This document shows positions 1 to 12,203 of a stretch of 64,000 bases of DNA, in pieces; within the stretch, counting starts at the first letter, position 1, and every line of letters starts with the position of its first letter. The position numbers were made by a program, and so were the translations under genes. Source of the DNA: Utricularia gibba. Lineage: Eukaryota > Plantae > Magnoliophyta. The stretch spans positions 62,001 to 126,000 of the forward strand of contig CM007991.1 in assembly GCA_002189035.1 (NCBI GenBank), given 5' to 3'. The notes beneath the pieces are model-generated. The model made no database searches. It saw only the letters and a list, made by a program, of their open reading frames with translations, and was not told the DNA's origin.

Positions 1-61
1 AGAAAGAGCAGCGCCTTGTAATGGATTCGAGAAATGCTCAACTTTTTTCCTGGAACTACAG

Positions 62-662
62 ACCGATGCCTATCAAACCACAGGATGCTACAATTTGCTG
101 TGTTCAGGATTTGTTCAAATCAACAACAAAATAGCAATGGGAGCAGCCATATCCCCAAGGTCATCCTACTCAGGGCGCCAGTTCGATATCCGCATCATGG
201 TTTGGAAGGTAAGAACGACTTCCTTCATAGAAGGTACCCTGTGGTTGCTGAAGTGAGCGCATTGCATTGGGTGTCATGTTTCAGGATCCGAAACACGGGC
301 ACTGGTGGCTCGAATTCGGGGAGGGATTGCTCGTCGGATACTGGCCATCCTTCCTGTTCAGCCACCTGCAAAAGCACGCGAGCATGATACAGTTCGGAGG
401 GGAAATAGTGAACGCCGGATCCACAGGATCTCACACATCCACCCAGATGGGAAGTGGGCATTTTGCAAGTGAGGGATTTGGGAAAGCTTCCTACTTCAGA
501 AACCTGCAAGTCGTGGATTGGGACAACAGCTTGAGCCCGACGAACAATCTGCATTTCATGGCCGATCATCCCAACTGCTACGACATCAGAGGAGGAAAAA
601 ACAATGCATGGGGCAACTACTTCTACTATGGGGGCCCTGGAAGAAGCCACGGATGCCCCTGA
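62..662 (+). CDS. Neprosin-domain (DUF239) protein, last two exons (62-208, 285-662); 5' part lies outside the window
   Basis: Spliced translation TDAYQTTGCYNLLCSGFVQINNKIAMGAAISP...VWK|DPKHGHWWLEFG...QFGGEIVN...YYGGPGRSHGCP* has the neprosin/DUF239 C-terminal motifs; GT-AG boundaries keep the frame. Confidence 0.9.
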
Positions 663-865
663 AGTGGAGCAAGGAAAAGGATTTACCTTGGTTTATTACT
701 ATTTATTTAATATTTTTAAAATTCATTATTATAATTTAGTCGTATGATAAACACGTTTCAAAGAGTGAATCAGATTTAAGAACCTGTACTTACTAATTTT
801 TAGTAGTTAATAATCATTTCCGATTTATTGCGTCACGCCTGGTGGGTGCATACTGAAATTTGTAG

Positions 866-873
866 TTTCCCGC
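866..873 (+). promoter_or_regulatory. E2F-type site TTTCCCGC about 105 bp upstream of the PCH2 ATG
   Basis: Exact match to the TTTSSCGS consensus in a 315-bp intergenic spacer; fits a cell-cycle/meiotic gene. Function is inferred. Confidence 0.4.
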
Positions 874-907
874 CAACGACTGTCACCGTGCATGAATCCC
901 CAAATTC

Positions 908-915
908 TAGGGTTT
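908..915 (-). promoter_or_regulatory. Telo-box (AAACCCTA) in the PCH2 promoter/5'UTR
   Basis: TAGGGTTT on the + strand at 908-915. Confidence 0.35.
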
Positions 916-977
916 GTGTAAGGAATCATCTCTAGTCGCGCAATTCCTAGTTTGTGTGTCTTTTAAGGCATTGAGAA

Positions 978-3928
978 ATGGAAATGACGGCTCCGATGGA
1001 CATTTCTGGGCCTAATCCAGGAGATATTCTTGTCCATGAGCAACAAAAGGATGGTTTTGACCAACCAGCTGTCTCAACTTCGCCTGGGCCTCCGCCTCCG
1101 AACTTCAACGAAGATAAGGTTCTTGTTTCAGGTACTCAATCGATGTGAATCCCCTTTCAAGACGCGAAATTTGTGAAATCAGTGTCTTGATTTAACGAAA
1201 GGTTTATTTTTCGCCCTTGACTCCCACCTGTGTTATCTGTTCCAGTCGAGGCGTTGTTGAAGCCGTGTAGCACAGCTAGGACTGATGATGTCCGGTTTGC
1301 AGTTGAAAGGTAAATTTGGTAAGAATGGGCATCGGTTTGACTGGTTTATCCTGATGAAAATTAAAGGTACAATGCTCTGGCCTTTTTTGGTGTAGAATGC
1401 TGGAGAAGAGATGCATGAGCTACGTCGATGGACCAGTACCCATTCCGAAGGATGATCCGTTTCTAGTGGAGAATGTGCAAAGAATATGTATATGTGATAC
1501 AGGTTTATTAAAGTTATTACCAGTAAAGTCTCTTTTCACTGGATTTGGATCAAGGGAGTAAGCCAATTTTCTGATGTTTCATGAGTTCTATGTTACACGG
1601 TATTGATGATTGACTGAACAGGAGTGTGGGTGGACAACCATGGTGTGCTTTTATTCTGGCAAGTCAAACCTGTTGTGCATGTCTTCCAGGTTAACAAATT
1701 TTTTTCTCAGGACCTAAAGTTTATCTTATATTCATTGCATATTTATGAAAAATGTCTGGTGATTGTGAAGCTAAGAAAAGTTTTTAGTTCGGTCGGAAGA
1801 GATTACATACGGATGAATAGCCAGAGTTCCGTAAAATCTTGGAAATATTTCCGTTTGTCTTCATTTCTCATTAAACGTGGCATACCAGACTGTAGTTTAT
1901 TATTCTCTTTCTTCCCGAATTTAAAATTAGGCTTAGCAAATGGTAATGTTTAGTTTTTACGCTATATTGCTTATCATCATTAGCTTAGCGAGGAAGGGCC
2001 TTGTGAAGAACTTAGCAATGAGGGGCAATTGGCTAGCTTCAACGAATGGATTCTTCCAGCGAAGGAGTTTGATGGGATGTGGGAAAGGTCTGTTGTGCAA
2101 AATACAGTATGATTGTTGTCATGTAGAAACTCAATGCATATCTAACTCTGCATTGCAGCTTAATTTATGAATACGGTCTCAAGGAGAGGTTGCTGAAATA
2201 TGCAGCAAGCGCTTTACTTTTTACTGAAAAGGGTGTCAATCCTTTCCTTGTGTCATGGAATCGGTAAGTGGTTGTTTTCTGTCGCCAAAAAAAAAACGGC
2301 ATGATTTCAAGTTCCATCATTGCACTTCTTTACATTCGTCTATTATTTTTTGAAGTTTAATAGAAACACATGTCATTTGCCCACTGATACTGGAAAAATA
2401 ATGCAGCATAGTTCTTCTTCATGGACCTCCAGGCACTGGAAAAACATCTCTATGCAAAGCTTTGGCACAGAAACTCTCAATACGCCTGAGTTCAAGGTTA
2501 TCTCGAACTGTGTTACGGTTTTCTTCATTTTCATGATTCTCATTTTCTTTGATTCCTTTATTTCCTCACCTTGTATAAATTCTTTCTAATCAGATACCCC
2601 CAGTGCCAATTAATTGAGGTCAATGCTCATTCCTTGTTTAGTAAATGGTTCTCTGAAAGTGGAAAACTGGTAAAAGTCATAAGCTATTTGTGTATTCGTT
2701 GAACATTCTATATTATGCAGATACTTTTATGGTGGTTTTTTTTCCTTTGTAACCAGGTTGCAAAACTCTTCTCTAAAATTCAAGAAATGGTCGAGGAAGA
2801 AAACAATCTGGTATTCGTCTTGATCGGTGAGCATATTTACATGGCATAGATGCCTCCTTTCTTGGAATAATAATTTGATGTATAGTAGCCTTATATTCTT
2901 AAAATATACAGATGAAGTTGAAAGCCTGGCCGCTGCGAGGAAGGCTGCTTTATCTGGATCTGAGCCCTCAGATTCTATAAGGGTAAACGCCTTTAGATGA
3001 CTTCATATTCACAGTTTGTACCTTCTGTAAGCAGGAACGTTCCTCCAGGTTGTCAATGCTCTACTGACCCAGATGGACAAATTGAAGTCTTCACCAAATG
3101 TAATCATTCTCACCACGTCAAATATAACAGCAGCTATTGGTAAGACAGCTGTTTTGCCTTGAAAAGAATTTCCTACCTTGCATGATTCTACTCCTTTCCT
3201 CAAGCTAGTATGTTAATATGCTGGCAGACATTGCCTTTGTTGATCGAGCTGATATAAAAGCATATGTCGGCCCTCCTACACTTGAAGCGCGTTATGAAAT
3301 TCTGAAATCCTGTCTACTCGAGCTTTCAAGGACTGGAATACTTGTGAATCCTCCCCACTCCAAGGTTTCTTCTTATTCTTCTTGCCTCTACTGGCTTCCA
3401 GTTGATTCAAACTCAATATCCATCTGTCGGAACTTCGTAAAGTTAAATTCATGCAGGACGATGAGCACGTGTTTTTCCCAAGTTTCAGCTGCTTGAAGGA
3501 ACGCCTGAATACTGAACCTCCCGAAGCTGTCAACCAATTGGAACTTTGTAAACAATTGCTTGAAACTGCAGTTGTATGTGAGGTAACGTTTGTCTTAGTA
3601 GTTCTCAACTTCAGCAATCTTGAACATGGGCTTGTTTTGTGTATATTTCATGTGCTTGCCTTTTGACCCAAGATTCCAAAAATCGTGCATTTCCATGTAA
3701 AAGGATAAAATCTGAATAAATGTATGGGCAACTCTCTGCATCATATATTCGTCTAACCTCGACCAACATTGACATGCTCATTTTCAGGGGCTGAGTGGTA
3801 GAACACTGAGAAAGCTTCCCTTTCTGACGCATGCAGCAATGCCAAATCTTTTTGGCTGTACAGCAAGCAAATTTCTGAGTAAGATGATCGAAACAGCGAA
3901 AAGAGAACGCTCGGAGGTACCCGATTGA
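978..3928 (+). CDS. PCH2: Pachytene checkpoint protein 2 / TRIP13 AAA+ ATPase, 14 coding exons
   Basis: Spliced protein [11 protein letters not shown]...[14 protein letters not shown]...[17 protein letters not shown]...[23 protein letters not shown] (Walker A)...[14 protein letters not shown] (Walker B)...[15 protein letters not shown]...[14 protein letters not shown]; all junctions are GT-AG and in frame. Confidence 0.95.
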
Positions 3929-4337
3929 AGAACCCGTCGGATCTAATCTTCTCCAGTCTCATGTGGACAGTCCCAAGTCATGATACAATGCAGCAGACAC
4001 TGCAAGTTGCACAAAAAGGATCAGTCAACTTTTTAGAAGAGATGCCCCAAAGGCGTGAACTTGAATTGTGATTCTTGATCTGGGGTCAGTGACGTAGATT
4101 TATAAATAACAATCAATGTTGATTAGGCGAAAATTACTTTGATTCAAAATTTCTTCAGACTTATTTTGTGTGAGAAAAATATAAAATAATTGTGTAAAAC
4201 TACATGAATACTGACTGGTACGGGGTGGGTCACTCACAAAGCCGTCATCAGCGTTCGCCGTCAAGCTTCGTTTTTCTCCCCTTATCCTCATTTTCCTTCC
4301 CATCTCTTGCTGCGACTGCGCAGGGAGCTTCTAAGAA

Positions 4338-6230
4338 ATGGCCTGTGCAGCGAAATCTCTGGTGAATTGTGTGTCAATGTCAAAAACTGGATGTTTCGTC
4401 TCCTCGCCGACGTTCTTCGGCTCGTCGATAACGCCGTACCCACAGGCGCATCTCTCAATCATCACCAGACCCATTAATACCCAGCTCTCTTGTTCGTATA
4501 CTCCTTTCCGCTCGTTCCCCTCTTTAGGGCTTCTGAAGAAGCAAGGGCCTTTTATGAGAGTTGCATTCATTGCGGCTCAGCAAGAGGGGAAGAACCCTGC
4601 TTTTCTTCATGACCAAGAATCTGAAGGGAGTTTCAACTGGGGTGAGCCGGGAAGTGAGGATGAAGGGCAATCAAGCGATGGAACTGCAGAACCTTTAGGG
4701 GATGCAGACGAAAACGATGATGAATATGTTGAACCACCGGAAGAGGCCAAGATTTATGTTGGAAATTTGTCGTATGATGTTGATAGTGAGAAATTGGCTA
4801 AGTTATTTGAGCAGGCTGGTGTCGTGGAGATTGCTGAGGTAATAAACGTATCAAGATTGAATTTTGGATGATCCCACATCGAATCTCGAGGATGGATTTC
4901 GCATCGCAGTAGCTGCTATGCTCTTTTTTTTTCCTTCGTTTAACCGGTCAGGTTTCTAAGATTCAACATTTATCTCTGCGCATTGCAGGTTATATACAAC
5001 AGAGAGACTGATCGGAGCAGAGGGTTCGGTTTCGTTACAATGAGCACAGTTGAAGAAGGGGAGAAGGCTGTTGAGATTTTTAACGGATACGTAAGACTTA
5101 ACGCCTCATTTCAATTAGTTTGGTTTTTCCAATCAAGATTTTATGCCACGCATAGCATGCAACAACTTTGTGGTTGGATTATTGTAGAAGGGAACCACTT
5201 TGTTTCAGTTATCTGTTTTCCATGTATGGTGCTGGTGCGTTTTTTAGGTTGTTTTGTGCCTAATGGTGTGGGTGATTTTCTAATTCCAGAATATTTAACC
5301 TGCGATTATGAGCAGATCAATGTTGCTTCTATGTTATTGTTTTCGGCATATGAATAATGAGGTTTAGTATCATCACCGTCTGTCATGATCATGTTGGATT
5401 TTACTTTTTCGGCTGTTTATTCATCTGCCTTCAACGTCATCTATGGTGGTTGAGGAAGTTGATCATGCTTTTAGGAAAAGAAGCAAGCCTGTATTGTATA
5501 AAGGGAATGAAAAGTGTTACTTGGACACAAAATTACCTTGAAGATGCACAGAGAAGTCAAAAAGTGCTACCATATTTATGCATTATGTGCTGATGGTGAA
5601 CTTATACGATCATCTCTGTGTCCAACAGGAATGGAATGGCAGATCTTTAACTGTCAATAAGGCTTCTCCAAAAGGATCAAGGCTGCCACCTCGTGCTTCT
5701 GCACGTACTGAGAGAATATATGTCGGCAATTTGCCCTGGAGCATCAGTGATGATCGCCTTGAACAAATTTTTAGCGAGCATGGTAAAGTAGTGAGTGCTC
5801 AGGTGATCCTCGATAGAGAAACCCGGAGATCACGAGGTTTCGGCTTTGTGGTTATGTCTAGTGCATCAGAAACAAATGATGCCATAGCAAACCTTGATGG
5901 GCAGGTATGCCATTTCTGCTTAACATTATGATTATTCTTCTTGGGAGTTCTTATGCATTACCAGACTATCTAGCAGAAGTTGAACCTAATGAACTGTATG
6001 CAGTTCTTTGAGAATTTCATTTTTTTAATTGCGTTCTTCTAGTTGAATAAAGTTTTTGTGAATGTTGGATCGAGGTCAAGTGCTCCATTTTCACCAGTAA
6101 CATGAATTTTTTTGGACACAGTTTTGAATTTAGGTACTAACGGTTTGCGTTGAACTGAATACAGAACTTGGATGGTAGAGCAATCAGAGTCAATGTTGCT
6201 CAAGAAAGGCCAAGGCGCGGTGCTTTCTGA
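4338..6230 (+). CDS. CP31: Chloroplast RNA-binding protein (CP31/cp28 type): transit peptide, acidic region, two RRMs; exons 4338-4838, 4989-5090, 5629-5904, 6165-6230
   Basis: Ser-rich N-terminus and acidic linker; [11 protein letters not shown] / [10 protein letters not shown] (RRM1) and RIYVGNLPW / [10 protein letters not shown] (RRM2); ends [21 protein letters not shown]. Confidence 0.92.
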
Positions 6231-6552
6231 GAGAGGCATGCTGCAGATGACGAAAAGCCCTTTTGTTGAGTTTTAGGGTGGTAGAGTGGTTCATTTTCTG
6301 TTGTAGATTTATCGAAATTTGTTGGCTTTGTTTGAGTTTATGCACCCTCTCCCCTCTCCCCTCCCCCCTCCCCCCAAGAATCCGAATACAGGTATGGAGG
6401 TCTGAGTGCTCTCGATTTTGGATACACATGAACTGTTCCAATATCTGCGTGAAGCAAAGTTAATACAATCAAGTGCTCAAGTATAGATAGGACTCATCCA
6501 CCCTCTTTTCAGTTGCAGCAATCAAGTAAAGTTGACATAGTGAGAGCTCTAG

Positions 6553-8927
6553 TTATCTGGCATGCTGTGCCACCTTCATCTCTAGCTTGGCCTTGTCTGC
6601 TCCCACAACTTGATCTACTTCGTCGCCATTTTTGATGAAGAAGAAAGTTGGAACACTGCTGATGTTTCTCTCAGCAGCCGCATCATTTGCCTCATCGATA
6701 TCTACCTTTAGGAATACAACTTTAGGAAACTTCTTTGCTAGGCTCGTATATTCGGGGGACATGTATCGGCATGGACCACACCATTTTGCTGTGAAATAGA
6801 CTACTGCAAGTCTTGATGCTTTTGATGCAGCATGGAGCTTAGCTTTTAGCTCTCTGGCGGAGTGAATGCTGATCACCTCCCCTGGACAACGAACGAATTA
6901 GAAGTTGTTGCACAGATAAAAAGTTTTATGAAGCATCTTGAAAAAAAAAAAATTAATGACACACTTTTGGTACACCCGGGATACAAACTGAGCAATCAAT
7001 AAATCAACATACAGGGTAGGGTATACAAAAAAGATACCATCAGTGAAAGCAGAAGCAGCCTCAGCTTTCTGAAAGATGCAAGGCGCGGAAAAGGTGAGTA
7101 TTGAAAGATAAGAGATTATCATTTTGTTAAGGACAATACCTCAGCGTTTGACTTCGCTTGCTGCTTCTCCTTTTCAATCCTAATCCTTTCCTGCTCCTTG
7201 TGATTTCTCACGCGTTCATATTTTCGGCGGTGCTCTTCAAGTCTTTTCGCATTTGGTTCAACCTGAAAATGTCCCATCAAGAATACCTCCATATTTTTAG
7301 CACATCTACAGAAGAAGAACATAGAAAGAAAATGAAATCAAGTGAGAGAAAAAGAAGACCTTTCTTAGAACCAAACCAATCTCCTCATCAAAATCTAGTT
7401 TTGATGCCAAATGCAAATCCGAAGCCGCAGCTTCCCACAAGCCCAACAATGCTCTTGCCATTCCTCGAGCTTTATATCCCTTAGCAGAGTCAGGGTTTAG
7501 CTGTACAACAAAACGTGTATTTCATCATGACTCTGTAGTGACATGCCAATGACAAATTGTGAACACCCTAACTGGATGAGTTGAAACATTTGGAGTCCTT
7601 TGAGGCTATGACGAGCAAAATTTATTGGGTTTGTGAATAAGGTGTGCATTAAGCGCATGTCTTGAATTGGTTAAGCCGATTAAGTCATATAGCACACTCA
7701 AGGCTTACTCAAACAAGGTCAAATGATAGAGATTTCTCAAAGCAAACTAAGAATAAGGAAGGAGCACATAAACAACCTTCAGAGCAAAATCTGCATCACG
7801 GATCCCGGCATTGGGTTTTTTGAGCTTGACGAAGACACTTGCTGCATATGTCCAGTGACAAAATAAATCCAGGAGAGAGACATTGAAGCAGGAATTTCCT
7901 CCAGCCTTCATACGTGTTGGCTAACTAGTGTAATAAAGCTAATTACCTCGATTTGCATATAATATTGCTGACTTGGGGTTCAGCAAAATTGCCTCTGTTA
8001 GGCAATTTATGGCATCATCAAACTTGCCTGGAATAAAAAAAAAGTATCTGACTGCAAGTACATTTTTTCCGAAACAAAGAATATATATAGATGTGGGTAC
8101 CATCCACAATCATGTCCAAAGCTTTTGCTTTTAATAATTGAGCAGGTTCTCGTTTTTCCTCCGACTCTTCAGCAGAAAGGTCTCCCATCTTCAGAGAAAA
8201 ATTAAAAAAACAAAAACCTTATGGATTTACAACATCAAATTCGCACGCATTCTCCTGTTCAACATATTCAAAGCAAAAAACGCATTAGGTGAAAATATGC
8301 TTTGTAAAAAGGAGATTAAGACCCTTTGAGGAACATCACTGTCAGGTTCCACAACATCCGAATCATCCAACTCAACATCGGACTCAACAATATCCTCAAT
8401 TGTCTCATCATCCTTCGAAAGATTAGGGGCTTCGCCGGCAGATGGCTTTGTTTCTCGATCACCCTGTATCGGAATCTTGCTTATAAGAAAGAATTCAACT
8501 CTGCATCATGATCTACCAAACAAATACTACTGAAAGCAACCACACCTTATTACATCTTAAAGTCTAAAATAATCCAAAACGACCATTAAACTTCTAAAAA
8601 AGATAATGTCAGAACTTGAGACCAAATCGCACCAAATACTCAAGTATCAGAACAAGATCGATCATATGGAAAACGCAGAAACTTACAGAGGCACCCGACT
8701 CCGGAATCCGAGCACCCAAGCTGAAAAAAAAAATGTTGCAGCATGATAAGTGAGTAATCTTGCTGAAATAACCCCAAGCCCGAAATTGCACGTACAACGC
8801 AATCCGGGAAAATAAACCTTCGGAGAAAATCCCGGAAAAAGGAAAGACTACTGGTGTGTAGGATTGAGGGGTTGCGCTCGCAGTACTCCACGAAATTCTT
8901 CAGCTCGTCAACCTTTTGCTGCTCCAT
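6553..8927 (-). CDS. TDX: TPR-containing thioredoxin (Hip-like N-terminus, TPR repeats, C-terminal thioredoxin)
   Basis: [24 protein letters not shown]...LGARIP (Hip dimerisation region), [15 protein letters not shown] exon [26 protein letters not shown], last exon with WCGPC. Confidence 0.92.
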
Positions 8928-10428
8928 TTCGCTCGTCCATTCTTTCCGCTACGCTTGCGAACAATTATACTATTTATTTATTTATTATTTGGGAATTGCA
9001 GGTCATGGGCCCCCATAAATTTGTTAATTTATGAGCCGGCCCATTTACTAAAAGTAAGGTTCATTAGAAAGTGAGGAGCATACCCATGGCCATGGCCCAT
9101 ACAAACCACACCTTGTACTCCAGAAAGGCACAGTCAACCGATCCGATGCGTAGGCAGGATCACGGCATCCCCAAAACCTCGCGGTCGGCGTAACGAAGGC
9201 GCAAGATCAAGAGGGCAAACCATGGGTTCCAGCGGCTAACGCGCCTTCAAGTCACTTGTACCGGTGTCACTGAGATCAAATGAACCTCCCTTAGCGCACA
9301 GGGCGCCAGCCTCGACAGTTCCTGCCTTTACTCAACACATCTTCAGCAGATAAAATGCCGATATCGCCGTGAAGCCCGTCGGCAAGGGATTAAAAACCGA
9401 GGGAGATGAGAGTCTGCGAGACTTTCTGGCTCACAAAACCTGATTCCCCGACAATGGAGAAGATTTTGGAAGACGAGAGGCAGAAGGATCGAGATTTCGG
9501 AAGAAATGATTAAGGTAATTCGGCTGGCATTTTCGGATTCTTGATCGCCTTCTTCTGGATGCCCTAAACAAGTATCAAAATTTTGAGTTTTTGGTTGCTA
9601 AATTTTAAATCTTGCTACCTGCTGCATTATTTTACAGCCTTTGTAACATGGAAGTACCCTACCCGTTAAATTCTCGAAGTCATTACGAAGAATGGGGAGA
9701 CAGAACAAAATTATGAGGATGTAATAGCGAAATAAAATCAAGATTTGAGGAGGAATTGAATGGGACCATTTTGGCATTCACTGCCGAAAGGATTGGAGCA
9801 AAGGGGGAAGGGGGTTCATAGCTGTGGGTGGATTAAGCGCGTACTTGGTGGACAAAAAATAACTGTTTTTTTCTGGTGAAAATGAAAAGGAGTTTCGAAA
9901 GTTTATTCTGGTTTCTGGTGTGGCGTGGAGCAGGGGTGAATTCAGCTGCAACCACTTGGGATAATTCAGAGTACAGGAACTACCAATTGGTCGATCTGTG
10001 AGTATGCCATTTTCGAGGATTTGCTCTTCAGGCGTTTGGTTTTAAAGGGTAATTGTTTCCTGAGCGGGATTGTTCGTTTTAGGACATCGGAAAGCTTGGA
10101 TCTTTATGCAGTGTTGCTGTTTGTCGAATCCCAAAGTAGGCATTGGATTTTTTTTATTAGTCGATGCCGTTCTGTGGTTTGGGATGTACAGCTGGCTTGA
10201 TCGTTTTTCAGTCTTACTTTTATGGGCTGCGTTTGATTTTCTTGTTTTGGAGGAAGGTGGAACACACGGTCTTTTAAATATTTCGATGTGCTGAAGCTTT
10301 CGTTGTACTTATATTTGGGTTGCGTTAAGAGTTCCGAGTATAATGTTTTAATTTTCATTGTTTCAGGATTGCTTGATTGGTGTAGCCAGAATCGTGTTCA
10401 CTGGGCTAATTTAAGTATTTGTACATGA

Positions 10429-11000
10429 ATGGCTGATTCGGATCATGTAGATGTTGTCCTAGAGTTCCTAGAAAACATAAATTTTCCAAAGCTGAGTCCG
10501 CGTTGAGAAATGAATTGGGTAGCAGACCAGACTTGAATGGAATTCTGCAAATGCTTTCCCTTTCTGATCAGGATTCAGGGACTGATTGAGCAAGAAATGC
10601 TTGCCAAAGGAAGGGATACATACAAATACTTCACAAAAAGCCACATGCTTTACGAAAGAAACCAGGTAGCTGCTCTTTTCGCTTCCATTTGTTCGTGTCT
10701 TGTTGCACCTCTCCTGGAGTGGATTCTGAAAAGTCCAAGTTTTGGATTTACTTGCGTGCCCTGTTCCCGCACCCAGGTTCCACTAAACTTGTGTACTTTG
10801 CACCACCCGCAGGATACTGCAAGACTGGAATACCTTATACAAAAAAGTCATCCTTGAGGCATCGGCTAACGATGGGCGACCAGGGCTTCATCGAGTTCGT
10901 TGATCATCTTCTAGAAGTAAACCCCAGGAAACGGTCCTCTGCTGCAGAAGCTCCGAAACATCCTTGTTTGCAGTACCCATAGGAACCAATATCGTCATGA
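10429..11000 (+). pseudogene. DYRK/ppk15-like Ser/Thr kinase pseudogene; N-terminal ~50 codons fused to the last two exons
   Basis: ATG 10429 gives MADSDHVDVVLEFL, then a frameshift to (R)KHKFSKAESALRNELGSRPDLNGILQ. It joins directly to GLIEQEMLAKGRDTYKYFTKSHMLYERNQ|DTARLEYLI, then a frameshift to KKSSLRHRLTMGDQGFIEFVDHLLEVNP...KHPCLQYP*EPISS*. Kinase subdomains I-IX are absent; intron 10666-10812 is retained. Confidence 0.85.
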
Positions 11001-11465
11001 GCAGGAAGTGTTGTCCCCCGCAGGAAGCACCAGGATTCGACGCTGCCCCCTCCTCTCTGATCTGAGGCGCCAGGTGAATTGCGATCACTGACGCTGGCTG
11101 GGAGCCTGGGACGTGTGTATTAGAGTAGCTCACGACGTCAATGCTCTCGTAATCTTTGTTGTTGTGGAAGGAAGGAAGAAATGCGTTGCCATGCTTGTGT
11201 GGGAAAATGTAGCTATTTATCCCCTCAGAAATGCAAACGAGCACGTTCCTAGACACGTGGTATGAAGTGGAGATGGAGGTAACTGGACAGTGCGATGGTC
11301 TGGACTCTGGTCCAGGAGAGAAGCCACACGTGTGCCTGGAATTTGTAGGAAGGTGGTAAATGGTTTTACGATGGAAGGGCAAACCGCAACGAGGAGCCTT
11401 CTTTCTTTTTGTTTTATTTGGTAAATCATTTGGCTGCGGAACCTTCCAAATAGAAGGAAGAGCTT

Positions 11466-11485
11466 TTTAGGGTAATTACCCTAAA
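11466..11485. repeat. Perfect 20-bp palindrome TTTAGGGTAATTACCCTAAA
   Basis: Read directly; equals its own reverse complement. Confidence 0.9.
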
Positions 11486-11494
11486 GTGCGTGTT

Positions 11495-11513
11495 CCCCCC
11501 CCCCCCCCCCCCC
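11495..11513 (+). repeat. Poly-C tract (C19)
   Basis: Read directly. Confidence 0.9.
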
Positions 11514-12203
11514 ACTTCCCACACCGCAACCAATACCTACCCACTCAGGTTCAGGTTCGATATTTCCGGAACCGGATGGTTTGGAACACGCGGACACCTT
11601 TTTTTTGTTTCTGCAAATTAAAAGCATAACTCGAGTCACAGTGTGAGATTTTAATAATTACTCTTTGGGCCCTAAACTTTTGAAATGTTCAACAACAACC
11701 ACAATCTGCGAAAACAGATTTTCTCGAGGGAAGGAAATAAATCCAATCCATTCACGCCTCCACTCTGCTGAGCCTAAAAGAAGCATGGTTTCCAAGTTGC
11801 AACGCTTTCTTTTTTTCTTTTCTTTTTGCTTGGGGTTTGTTCTCAACTGTCTCTGTTTTGGCTCTGTTCATGCGCCTGTCTCGTAATAAAAAGAATGAAG
11901 GAACAGTGTTTCTAAATTACATATTCGTTGGTCTTCCAGCTTTGGTTGTGCAACAGTGGCGCATTTGAGAACGACAAAGTGTTCATAAGCCTCTGAGGGC
12001 AAGGGGCTTCTTCCATAAAACGTTTCTGCGAATCTGAAAAAGAGAAATTAAAAATTAAAGTTGGGAATGGACTCAAAGAGAAAGGGCCTTGGACCCCTTA
12101 TAAGCTACCACATAGCACAAGCACGCCTTATGATCGACCGTTCGCCTTGTTACACCATTTCTTTCTCTCTCCGGGCTCAACTTAGCAGGCGGTGCTCGCC
12201 CTC

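Noticed and set aside
62-662. Possible link of the neprosin-domain gene to carnivorous digestion
   Set aside because: Neprosin/DUF239 genes are widespread in non-carnivorous plants; nothing in the sequence indicates that role.
4871-4881. ATCCCACATCG, an exact plant snRNA upstream sequence element (USE)
   Set aside because: It lies in a CP31 intron with no TATA box at the expected distance and no snRNA-like sequence downstream; probably chance.
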